Shown here in pieces: positions 17,431-26,833 of a stretch of DNA of 64,000 nt. A program made the translations under genes and the position numbers. This DNA is from an uncultured delta proteobacterium (GTDB taxonomy: Bacteria > Desulfobacterota > Binatia > Binatales > Binataceae): contig CAVWMC010000003.1 of the NCBI GenBank assembly GCA_963756005.1, positions 261,158-325,157 on the forward strand. Reading direction: 5' to 3'. Below the pieces are notes generated by a model that had not been told where the DNA came from, searched no databases, and saw only the letters and a program-made list of their open reading frames with translations. Position 1 is the first letter of the stretch. Each line of letters starts with the position of its first letter.

Positions 17431-18018
17431 ATGCCGACAATTCCGGAACTATCTTTCGATTGGTCGTTTCCGCACGAATATGAAATCGAACCAATAGAAT
17501 TGCCACCGGGCCCGTCGTCAGTACCCGTCTTCTATCTGCCGATGCACCAGATCCACGACACCAACGGGGTCCTTATCAAGATCTCACCGAAAGGTTCGGG
17601 CCCCTGGATCGGAATGTTCGCCTTTGGACATGACCTACAGCGAGGCAGACCCTCGGGTATATTTTCGTGCCCGGATGAAAAAATGGTCTGTATAGTTGCG
17701 GGCGACCGAGCCTACGCGGTTGATTCGAGAGACCCTTCAACCTGCGCGATCATTCCTTGCACTCCGATTCTAGGAGTCCGCGCGATACCGAATACTCAGC
17801 TGATTGTATTTTGGAACTTCATCCAAATTGTGGCTCTGGGAGAGCGAGGGCTTCGCTGGAAGAGCGAAAAACTTTGTTCGGATGACCTGAAGATCGAAGA
17901 GGTCACGACTAGATCAATCAAGGGCAAAGGTTGGAGCGCCCCGAAGAGAGCATTTGTCGAATTTGAGCTAGACCTAGCTACCGGGAAGGAACGACGGATT
18001 GGGTACAGGTTAAGGTCG
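17431..18018 (+). CDS. low-GC hypothetical ORF (~195 aa) with no in-frame stop before running antisense through the next gene; candidate horizontally acquired gene or pseudogene
   Basis: Local GC ~52% against a ~65% background. Codon usage is atypical (ata/tta/cta), yet the amino-acid composition is protein-like. The frame continues to 18936 as Arg-rich antisense noise. Stops occur in both other frames near 18000. Confidence 0.35.
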
Positions 18019-18819
18019 CTAGCGCTCCGCGATCGTGAACATGTAATCGCCGCCGTCCCACGCGTACTTGCGAATCACGTCCTTGATGCGTCCCGACTCG
18101 ATGTCCTCGGCGATGCGCTGCACGCCGCGCTCGACTTCTGCCTGATCCGGAGCGTCGGCAAAGCTCGAGATGCCGCCGCGGATGCGCGGGTCGAGATAGC
18201 GCTCGGGCTGATGCTTGCCGCAGTAGAGAAAAAGATCCTTGAGGTCGGGCGCGACGTCGTATTTTTCTTCGCACACGTTTCGAAATCCCGCCGCATTGAG
18301 CACCTCCACCGTCACGAATCGCTCGTATGGCGCGGTCGCTTTTTCGATCATCATGCGCGGAAAATATTCGTTCAACCAGCAATGCCGCATCTGCTCGGCG
18401 GTGCAGTTGAAAATCACGAAGCGCGCGTGCGGCGTCAGCACGCGATGAACTTCCTTGAACGCCGCGAGCGGGTCCGCCATATGATGATGCACGAAGGTGC
18501 AGGTCGCGCCGTCGAAACTGCCCGACGCGAACGGGATCGCCTCGGCGCGCGCGTTGTGCCACGCGATCGCCGGCGCTTTTTGCTTCGCCCGCGCGAGCAT
18601 CGTCGCCGACAGTTCGAGCCCGCGAATCGGCACGCCCGCCTGATACATCGCGATCGTGTAATTCCCGGTCCCCGATCCGACATCGAGATAGCGGCCCTTC
18701 GCGCGCGGACGCAGATGATGAATCAGGCGCGACAGCAAATACGGATCGGCCTGCCGCGTCGTGTCGTAACCCACTCCAATCCGGTCGTAGAGCGCCACGC
18801 TACATCTGCTCTCCGCCAA
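18019..18819 (-). CDS. class I SAM-dependent methyltransferase (Methyltransf_11-like)
   Basis: LDVGSGTGNY motif I, acidic motif II, motif III region. Confidence 0.85.
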   Translation of the reverse strand: MAESRCSVALYDRIGVGYDTTRQADPYLLSRLIHHLRPRAKGRYLDVGSGTGNYTIAMYQAGVPIRGLELSATMLARAKQKAPAIAWHNARAEAIPFASGSFDGATCTFVHHHMADPLAAFKEVHRVLTPHARFVIFNCTAEQMRHCWLNEYFPRMMIEKATAPYERFVTVEVLNAAGFRNVCEEKYDVAPDLKDLFLYCGKHQPERYLDPRIRGGISSFADAPDQAEVERGVQRIAEDIESGRIKDVIRKYAWDGGDYMFTIAER

Positions 18820-19234
18820 CGGTCAGCACGATCGCGCTCTCCTCGAGCGCCTCGACTGAATGCTCGATTGCACGATCGAGCGCGACCAGCATCCCGGCCG
18901 TCACGACCTGGGTCTTGCCCTTGGCGACGAAATTGATCTTGCCCTCGATCACCTGCACCGTAATAGGCGCGCGCGTGTGATGCTCCTGCAGCTTGGCGCC
19001 CTTCTTCAGCACCATCAGCGCCACGTTGATCCCGTCGCCCTTGACCAGCGAGCTGCCGTGCCGATCGTTGTCGGCCCATGCGGGCTCGGTCCTGAGCCGC
19101 GCAATCTCCGCGCGCACATCGATCGCGATCGAGCCGCCCTGCGCCAGAAAATTTTCGTTATGAGGATGCCGCGCCTGATGCTTCGCCTGATCGGCCTGCC
19201 GCGCCCGATCGGAATCTTTAATTTCTTGCGCCAT
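18800..19234 (-). CDS. cupin domain protein
   Basis: Cupin beta-barrel motifs (HHTRAPITVQVIEGKINF...G). RBS ggagg upstream of MAQEIK. The track ORF extends upstream as noise. Confidence 0.7.
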   Translation of the reverse strand: MAQEIKDSDRARQADQAKHQARHPHNENFLAQGGSIAIDVRAEIARLRTEPAWADNDRHGSSLVKGDGINVALMVLKKGAKLQEHHTRAPITVQVIEGKINFVAKGKTQVVTAGMLVALDRAIEHSVEALEESAIVLTVGGEQM

Positions 19235-19375
19235 TGAAAACCTCCGCGATGAAAACCGACTACCACCATTCTTTCGCCACGCGCAAATCCGCACAATCAC
19301 CTGCGTGGTATGGACACTGGGTTGCAAGGGGTCACCCCTTGCCGCCCACCGCGCAGGTGATTCATCATCTCTCGC

Positions 19376-20143
19376 ATGAGTAAGTCCGCGGCTCCATCGG
19401 CTAACCAAATCATCGAATACTCGAACTTCGCGTCGGTCGTCACCGGCGAGGGCGACTGGATGCCCGCCGGGTTCCCGCTGCCCGACGGCGGCTTCTGGCA
19501 ATATCGCGAGCCCGACGCCGTCGTGATCGTGCAGGACGGATTCCTGCGCGTCGCCGCGGTGCCGTACACGCGCGGCCACGACAAGATCCAGTTTCTCGAC
19601 AACGCCAAGCACATGTACTTCAGCACGCGCACGTTCGCATGCCCCGACGGCGGCACGATCACGTTTTCGATCGACCTCGCCGCCACCATCATCGACGGCG
19701 CGCCCGGCGATCTGTACGACGGCTTCGTGTCGTTCAACGTGCTCGATTTCTCGACCGGCGCCGCGCTCGATTTTTTCGTCGGCAATGAAACGATCGCGAC
19801 GGTGTACGGCAAGCTGCCGTTTCCCGGCGTGCCGATCGTCGATCCGGCGCACGGCCCGCGCCATTTCTGCCTGTTCGAGGAAATTCGCGACGCGACCGCG
19901 CCCGGCCGGCTCCATCATTTTGAAATCGCGTACGACTCGGCCGCCGACCGCGTGACCTTCTCGGTCGATGGCAAGCAGGTGCGCCAATATTCCAACGTCC
20001 CGTTCAAGCTCGGGCCGTGCACGCTCGCGCTCGGCCTGATGAGCGAAAAAGATATCGCAGTCGGCAAGGGCAGCGTCTCATGCCACGGCCAGGGCGCCGT
20101 CGGCAAATGGGGCAATATCAAAATCACCACAACCGCTCGCTAA
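19376..20143 (+). CDS. conserved hypothetical protein (beta-sandwich-like; possibly a DUF6081-type family)
   Basis: Well-formed 255-aa ORF with protein-like composition. The family assignment is from memory and unverified. Confidence 0.6.
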   Translation: MSKSAAPSANQIIEYSNFASVVTGEGDWMPAGFPLPDGGFWQYREPDAVVIVQDGFLRVAAVPYTRGHDKIQFLDNAKHMYFSTRTFACPDGGTITFSIDLAATIIDGAPGDLYDGFVSFNVLDFSTGAALDFFVGNETIATVYGKLPFPGVPIVDPAHGPRHFCLFEEIRDATAPGRLHHFEIAYDSAADRVTFSVDGKQVRQYSNVPFKLGPCTLALGLMSEKDIAVGKGSVSCHGQGAVGKWGNIKITTTAR

Positions 20144-20169
20144 CCACCTAAACTCAGGACACTGAAAAA

Positions 20170-20621
20170 ATGGAGTTCGCCGGTTTTGGGCATATCACGC
20201 TGACGGTCAGCAACTACGAAGCTTGCCTGAAGTTTTACGATCGCCTGATGACGCATATCGGGATGCGCCGTTACTTCGAGTCGCCGCTCGGCGTCGGATG
20301 GTACGCCGACGAGTACATGTTCGTGATGGGACATGCGGCGCCGGCGGGCGATCGATTCTCGCAATGGCGCACGGGACTCCATCACCTGTCGTTCCGCGCG
20401 CGCAGCCGCGCCGAGGTCGATTCGTGCTACGCGATGCTCAAAGAGATCGGCGCGAAGATTATTTTCCCGCCGAGCCCGGCCCATTCTGGCCCGGCTACTA
20501 TTCGGTGGTGTTCGAGGATCCCGACGGCACGCGGCTCGAGATGAACTACATTCCCGAGGACGGCTGGAAGGCAGTCGCCGCCGCCGCCGACGCAATCGCG
20601 CAGCGCAAGTCGGCATCGTGA
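20170..20621 (+). pseudogene. VOC/glyoxalase-family gene with an apparent +1 frameshift
   Basis: N-terminal beta-alpha-beta-beta-beta module in the frame of 20170 ends at IIFPP. The C-terminal hallmark GYYSVVFEDPDGTRLE continues in the frame of 20223..20621. Compare the intact paralog at 60963..61373 (LPGYYAVFFTDPDG). Confidence 0.7.
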
Positions 20622-20690
20622 AAATCGTCGCAAACGCGAGTCGGGCAAAGTTTCGGTCGAAAATCGCGTTATTTCCCAGGATCCAGCCCC

Positions 20691-20712
20691 AAACGTTTCA
20701 CGTGAAACGTTT
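20691..20712. repeat. perfect 22-bp palindrome AAACGTTTCACGTGAAACGTTT
   Basis: Read directly from the sequence. First of four AAACGTTT-containing sites in the 20690-21100 non-coding stretch. Confidence 0.9.
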
Positions 20713-21253
20713 TTAGTTCAGGAGAACGAAACGCGAATCTGGAAACGGTAACTGAAAGGTATGTGTCGAGAAGACGAGGTAATCCCGAAAGCAGTGAAAG
20801 AAAGTCAGGATGAACGAGGTGGAGGGGACGAGGAGGCGGTATCCGGCAATGCTTAGGTCGGCATCACGATGAAAGTCTGAGAGAAGGTCTCTTTACGAAG
20901 ATAAAAAGAGAGATGAATAAGACATCTAAAATAAAAAGACAGAAAAAGTTTCCCTTCCGGCTCACGACCCCGATAACAAACGTTTTGCCTACCGCGACGA
21001 GCATGACACTCCACGTGCACAGGAGCTACTGCTTTCAGCTCTAGCGAACCAAGAATCGTCGGCCTCGATTTCACTGATCGACTTTTCAAACGTTTATTCT
21101 TCATCGCGACGCGAATCCGTGCACATATATCACGCGTTTTCAGCTCGCTAGCGATCTGCCGGTGAATCTGTAGCGCGCTCAATGCCTGCTTGGTCTGGCA
21201 CATCGGTAGGCGACCAGAATTCAGGTAAGGAGCGGAAATTAGGTATTTGTGTC

Positions 21254-22126
21254 TCAGATGCGGCCGTAGGCGCGGAGGCAGAGGAGCGCCTCGAGTGTCA
21301 TGCGACCGCGCCATTCGATTGCCGCGCCGGGTCCGGGCGCCTGCCACGTAATCGGCCATCCGCCGTCGGGTTGTTGGCGAGACGCCAGATCGTCAAGGTG
21401 CGCGGCGATCAGATCGTCTGAAAAAGCTGGACGCGCGATCGATGTGGGCGTCGGGCAGAGTCCCAGCGGCGTCACGCCGTAGTCTGGAGTTCCGGCTCGC
21501 TCGAGGAACCACTTGCTGCGCGGCGCTTCGGCGGCGAGGCGGATTGCCAACTTGGCCGCGCGTGCGCGATCGGGCGCGTACTCGAGAAATCGCAGCGCGG
21601 TTGCGATCTCGTGGGCGTCGGCGAGCGGACGCTCCAGCCGTTGCCAGCACCATTCGCTGGCGCGCGTCAGCCACGGATGATCCGCACCCTGGTAGTGAAG
21701 CAATCCGACAATACCCGCCGTCGGATTGGGCGAGTCTGATCCGAACGATGGAGAATTCCAGTGAGCGGCGCGTGGATAGTCGAGAATATGCGGCAGCGCG
21801 ATTTCAACCCGGCCGTTCGGTTCCGCGACCGAGGATAAAAACTGGCACATGCCAGAGGCTAGCGCGCGGTCGCGGATATCGGCCTCGTGAAGCGCGCGGA
21901 GCGCGCACTCGCACGCGAGCGGCGTGCTCGCAGGCGCGCGGATGTCCGCTTCGAGCGCATTGCCGAATCCGCCGTCAAAATTGCGGTAAGCAGTGAGCGC
22001 ATTGACGACAGCTTCGGACGAGCCATTTGAAAATACGTGCGCGAAGATCGCCCGTTCCAACAATCGCGCGTTGCGCCAAATGAAATCCGCCGCGCGATCT
22101 ACCACGGCCGAACTCTTTTTGCTCAT
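21254..22126 (-). CDS. prenyltransferase/squalene-oxidase-repeat-like (alpha/alpha toroid) protein
   Basis: QxxDGGW-type repeat (QQPDGGWPITW) and a helical repeat composition. Confidence 0.6.
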   Translation of the reverse strand: MSKKSSAVVDRAADFIWRNARLLERAIFAHVFSNGSSEAVVNALTAYRNFDGGFGNALEADIRAPASTPLACECALRALHEADIRDRALASGMCQFLSSVAEPNGRVEIALPHILDYPRAAHWNSPSFGSDSPNPTAGIVGLLHYQGADHPWLTRASEWCWQRLERPLADAHEIATALRFLEYAPDRARAAKLAIRLAAEAPRSKWFLERAGTPDYGVTPLGLCPTPTSIARPAFSDDLIAAHLDDLASRQQPDGGWPITWQAPGPGAAIEWRGRMTLEALLCLRAYGRI

Positions 22127-23154
22127 GCGCGATCTTCCAGCTGCCCGCGCTCGACACTCGAGCGATTAATTCCGAAGTTCAGTTCTGGGCGCGCGCTGGC
22201 GATACATATGGATCACTTAACGCGGGAGAGAGGTCCAGTAGAGGTCGCGCTAATCGCTCTCGCACATGAAGTAGGCCTTCGGGCTTCGCGAAATGCGATC
22301 TGCATGATACCGCAATCCAGTTCCTCAAGGCTGCATCGGGCTATCGAGATTTGCTGCCGCGATCTTCTCTTCGTACGTGCTGATCTTCAGCGATCATCCG
22401 ACCGATCACATCTGCGCTGAACTCGATAGCTGCAAAGGACGCGATCTCATATGAGCCATCGATTCGGACTCGGTGGTCACGGCTGGCCGACAGGAGGGTG
22501 TGTTCTCCACCGGTCAGAGGCGGATCAACCCAAAATGTAATCCCGCTCGGCTGTCGACACCAAGCGTTGTCGGACAACCTTCTGCGTCACTCGGCATTTG
22601 TACGACTCACGGCCAAATCCAAGGCCCTCCGTCTGATTGAGTATGCTATCGAGAGGCTATTTCTCGGTTGTTCAAAAATAAGTTTGAACGCGGTGACGGT
22701 TCGTCGGGATGCGCGATTCTGAAACAAATCTGCGTGCGACTGGTCAGACGACGTCAACCGCGCGTCATTTGAATTCAACGAGATAGATTATTCGCTAATC
22801 CTTTTCTGCGGGGGTACGAACGGAACAGGTTCTGAGTATCTGCAGAATCCACTCCCGCAGATAACCACAGCTTTGCCGCATTGGCGGTTCTCAGTGCTGA
22901 GATTCGACCAAGCGGAAACCGAATCGATCCTCGGTAACCCAGGATCCACAGAAGCGAACCAGCCAGCCGATATGAATTTGAAGCGCACAAATTTGTCGCG
23001 GTGAAACACGAGAAACCTGAGGATTGGGTAATTTCCGGCAACGTCGAGCTCATTTTTTCAAATCACCGGCTCACGTACTTGGCTGTCTCTCGGTCTGAGG
23101 TCTTTTAAGAACTGCCTCGCACCTAGCGATCGCTATCCGCTGCTCAGAACCAAA

Positions 23155-23937
23155 TCACTTAACGCCGGGGAAACTTAGGGTGAAGCCGCCGTCTACCATT
23201 ATTGTTTGGGCGGTTAGGTAGCTGCCGGCGGGCATACAAATCAGGCAGGCGACGGCGGCGATCTCATCCAGCGTTGGCAGGCGTTTCAGGGCCGAGCGCT
23301 CAGCGCATCGGCGCTGGAAGTCTTCGTAGTTGTCGCCGAGGTAGTTGGCGTAGAAACGGGCGGAGTCGGTGTCGATGTAGCCGACGTTGAGACCGTTGAC
23401 CGTGATGCCGCGCGGGCCGAGCTCGAAGGCGAAGTCGCGCACCAGGCTCTCGAGCGCGGCCTTGGCGGCGCCGAGCACGCCGTGGCCGGGCAGGTTGCGA
23501 ATCGAGTCGATGCCGGAAATCATCAGCACGCGCCCGCCATCGCGCATCACCTTGTTCGCTTCCTGCACCGCGGCGACGAAGCCGTTGACGCTCAGCGCAA
23601 AGGTACGCGCGAGATTGTGCGGCTTGGTTTCGAGCAGCGGTTTGAACGCGGTCGCGGCGGCGTTGGCGATCAGGATGTCGAGGCCGCCAAGCTCGGCGGC
23701 CGCCCGCGTGACCATCGCACGCACCTGCGCGTCGTCTTCGAGGTCGGCCTTGATGAGAATCGAGCGCGGCGCGATGGCGCGGACGTCGGCGAGCGTTTTC
23801 TCGGCGCTCGCTTCGTCGCGCCGATAGTTCATCGCGACCGTCGCGCCGAGGCGCGCGAGGTTAAGCGCGATGGCGCGGCCTAGTCCGCGCGTGCCGCCGG
23901 TGACGAGCGCGATTTTGTGGTCAAGGTCGTGCGTCAT
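23155..23937 (-). CDS. SDR family oxidoreductase (FabG/FabL-like)
   Basis: VTGGTRGLGRA, NAA, YGAAK motifs. Confidence 0.9.
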   Translation of the reverse strand: MTHDLDHKIALVTGGTRGLGRAIALNLARLGATVAMNYRRDEASAEKTLADVRAIAPRSILIKADLEDDAQVRAMVTRAAAELGGLDILIANAAATAFKPLLETKPHNLARTFALSVNGFVAAVQEANKVMRDGGRVLMISGIDSIRNLPGHGVLGAAKAALESLVRDFAFELGPRGITVNGLNVGYIDTDSARFYANYLGDNYEDFQRRCAERSALKRLPTLDEIAAVACLICMPAGSYLTAQTIMVDGGFTLSFPGVK

Positions 23938-23947
23938 GCTGGCAATC

Positions 23948-24059
23948 CACTTTATTTAATGTGAAACCCGCGGTGGGTTTCACGCTTCCTTCGGCAGGGC
24001 TAAGCCCTGCACCTTAGCGAATAAAGAAATCGCGGAATGTCGAGGACGACATTTCGCTC
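23948..24059. repeat. triple-hairpin intergenic element, family B, copy 1
   Basis: Three stem-loops: GAAACCC-gcggt-GGGTTTC; GCAGGG-ctaa-CCCTGC; AATGTCG-agga-CGACATT. Shared with 26582 and, for the first two hairpins, 56694. Confidence 0.8.
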
Positions 24060-24126
24060 TCAGGTTTGGGGGTAGAGATAGAAGGTTCTCCTGAACCACA
24101 AATCGATTTGGGTTTACCATTCGCTT

Positions 24127-26050
24127 CTATGGATTCAGATTTGGGTAGAGGATTTGGCGGATGTCTTTTGCGAGCGAGGTGCCGTCGGCGCGCAGGGTGC
24201 GCGGGTTGTAGGCTTTCAGCTCGACGCTTACCGTTAGTTCGGCGTCTGAAAGATCCGCCGGCGTTGCGAATGCGACGCGGCCGCTTTCGGATGTGCGCGT
24301 TTCGGCGATGACTGCGTTGCCGCGGCCGTGGAGCGTGACGCGGGCGCCGGCGAGTGGGGGATGCTCGCCGTCCGGCAGCGCGTCGTTGTCGAGCACGGTG
24401 ACGGCGAGGCTGCGGTGATCGCGGGCGCGCGCGATTTCGACGCGCAGATCGCGCAGATAGATCATCGCCTCGGCATACACGGCCTCGATTCCCGCAAGCT
24501 GTGCACCGCGCAGCGGATTTGCTTTGAGTTCGACCCGTTGCGCCGCCATCCCATGGTCCGACGTCACGACGAACAGCGTCGAATCGAGCAGGCCGCGCGC
24601 GCGGAACAAGCTCGAGCACCGCGCCGATTCTTTTGTCGGTGCGATAGAGCGCCTCGCGCGTGCCCTCGTGATGCGGGCCGTAGTCGTGGCCGGCGCCGTC
24701 AGTCAGCACGAACTCGTGCGCGACGAAGGTCGGCGCCTTGCCGTTGTCGCCGCAATGTTCGAGCAAGGCGATCAATTGCGCCATCCCGCGGATATCGACG
24801 ATTTCCTCGCGCGTCATCGCCGGAATGTTGTCGTCGGCCCATCGCGGGCTGACGTCCGACGCCATCTCGGCCGTCAGCGCCTTGAGCCGCGCCTTATCGC
24901 CGACGATACGCCGCTCGAACACCGCGTGCTCGGCGCCGCGTCCCTGCGGTTCGTGAATCGACGCGGTGAGCGTGCCCTCGCCGCCGGCGCGTTTGAAGGC
25001 CTCGTACAGCGTCTCGACGTCCGGGCTCAGGTAGCGCTCGCCATCGTAGATGTTGCCCTGAATCGGCACGGTCTCGCGATGCTCGCGCAGATGGAAGGTC
25101 GGATTCACGACGTCGTGATGCCCGCACCATGCGCCGGTGAGAATCGTCGAGTGGCTGGGCCACGTGATGCTGGGGAAGTTGACGATCGAGCCGTGCGAAA
25201 GCATCGCGCCGCGAGCGACGAGGCCGGCGAGATTCGGAATCGCCGCGGGATTGTTGTCGAGCTGATGGCGCAATTCGGAATGCGTCTGGCCGTCGAGCAG
25301 AATCAGGTACACGCGCCGCGGGCGCTCGGCGTTATCGTCAATAATTTCGTCGAGCGGCCGGCCGTCCTGGCGCTTGAGATAAACTTGGGCGGGCGCGCCG
25401 GACGCGTCGAAGCCGGCGATTTTCGGCATACCGGCGATGCGCGCGATGGTCGGCGCGACGTCAACGTGGCGCGCGTTCAGCTTGAACAGCCCGCGGCGCA
25501 CGCCCGGACCGCTGAATATCAGCGGCGCGCGGCATTGCACGACGTCGAGCGCGCCGTGCTGCCCCGGCTGGATTCCCCACGCGTAGGCCTTGGGGCTGAC
25601 GACGAGGTCGGGCGCGCGCGGACTGTCGAAGAGTTGCGCGATGCGCTCGTAAGCGTAGGGATGGCTCAGCACGTGGGGCTCGAAGTACGCGCGATTGGGA
25701 TCGTCGGTATGATTGCCGCTGCGCGCGGCGGCGTCGAGTTCGTCGGCGATGGTGGAGACGAGGAACGGATCCTGATTGGCGATAGGATTCTCGCCGATTT
25801 GCTCCACCACCTGAAAGGAGAGCGTGCCGCGTGCGTCGGCGAAGCGCTTGAAGCGAATCATCCCGCGGCGCGACCACACTTCGTAGGCGTCGGCGCGCCA
25901 GGTGATCGCGAGATCGACGTTGTCGGCCTCGGACTCGGTGAGCATCGCGAGGATGGCGGCGTCGCCGGAATCGTACTGATGCGGATCGAGCCCATTGCCG
26001 GCGAGCCGTTCGGGTCCGAGTTCGCGCGGCTTATCGGAATCGGGATTCAT
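24127..26050 (-). pseudogene. nucleotide pyrophosphatase/phosphodiesterase (alkaline phosphatase superfamily) gene with an apparent frameshift in a (CG)n run
   Basis: LILLDG, FPSITWPSHSTILTG and HDYGPH motifs in the frame of 24014..26050. The hallmark LFVVTSDHGM and a carboxypeptidase-regulatory-like C-terminus continue in the frame of 24127..24609. The frames switch at ccgcgcgcgcggcc (~24590). Confidence 0.7.
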
Positions 26051-26225
26051 CTTTTTTCAGAATCTCCTTGTCAAAAAACCTTGCTCCATGCGGCATGACG
26101 CGTGCAAGCCAGTTAACGCGCACTACTTAATGTTTCGTTCAGGTTCACCGGCAGGCCGGCGCGTTTGCGTGTGCGCGCGCATTCCCGCAATAGTGAAACC
26201 CCAAACCGGGAAAGGCAATCAGTAT

Positions 26226-26567
26226 ATGGCGCTCAACGAAGAATTCGAATCGAGAATCGGCAAAGGCACCAAGGCTTCAGGCAAGCTGAACTTTCGCGGC
26301 CCGGTGAAAATCGAAGGCGAAGCGGAAGGCGAGATCACCGGAGAGGAAGTCGTAATCGCGGCCGGCGCGGTGGTGAGCGCGCGGATTTCGGCGAGCAAGG
26401 TGACAATTGCGGGCGCGTTCAGCGGCGAAGTCACGGCGCGCGAGCGCGTCGAGCTGATGGCGACGGCGCGGGTGCAATGCACGATCAACACACCCAGCTT
26501 CATACTCAACGAGGGCGCGCAATTCGACGGCGACTGCAAGATGCCGACGAAGAAGCTGGCGGCGTAG
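26226..26567 (+). CDS. bactofilin family cytoskeletal protein
   Basis: DUF583/bactofilin beta-helical repeat pattern (KIEGEAEGEITGEEVVIAAGAVVSARISASKVTIAGAFSGEV). Start at MALNEEF with an RBS. Confidence 0.8.
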   Translation: MALNEEFESRIGKGTKASGKLNFRGPVKIEGEAEGEITGEEVVIAAGAVVSARISASKVTIAGAFSGEVTARERVELMATARVQCTINTPSFILNEGAQFDGDCKMPTKKLAA

Positions 26568-26581
26568 GGAAACACTAAATT

Positions 26582-26690
26582 CACTTTATTTTATGTGAAA
26601 CCCTCCGCGGGTTTCACGCTTCCGCGGCATGGGTGACCCCTGCACCCAGTGATAAGAAAATCGCGAAGTGGCGAGGACGCCATTTCGCTC
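26582..26690. repeat. triple-hairpin intergenic element, family B, copy 2
   Basis: Stems are conserved but loops and some stem pairs differ (AAGTGGCG..CGCCATTT vs AATGTCG..CGACATT). Followed by further hairpins at 26708..26760 and a GGGTTAGG palindrome at 26805..26838. Confidence 0.8.
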
Positions 26691-26833
26691 AAAGGTTCTT
26701 TTCCTGTGTCATTCAGAGCGCAGCGAAGAATCCCGGTGCCGATTCTTTCTCCGCGTGACTGTTCCCGTTCCCGCTCAGGAAGTGATCACTCCAAATGACC
26801 GGTTCCCCTTCCCGCGCGGGAAGGGGTTAGGGG

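Noticed and set aside
19297-19812. 171-aa minus ORF, and the upper part of the 18800..19987 ORF
   Set aside because: Antisense to the well-formed 19376..20143 gene. Only the cupin portion 18800..19234 has an RBS and domain signature.
20853-21359. 168-aa minus-strand ORF in the purine-rich non-coding stretch
   Set aside because: Pyrimidine-rich antisense of an AG-rich stretch giving Leu/Ser/Phe/Arg low complexity. No RBS or domain.
24524-26098. 524-aa plus-strand ORF
   Set aside because: Arg/Ala-rich antisense of the phosphodiesterase gene. Typical high-GC shadow ORF.
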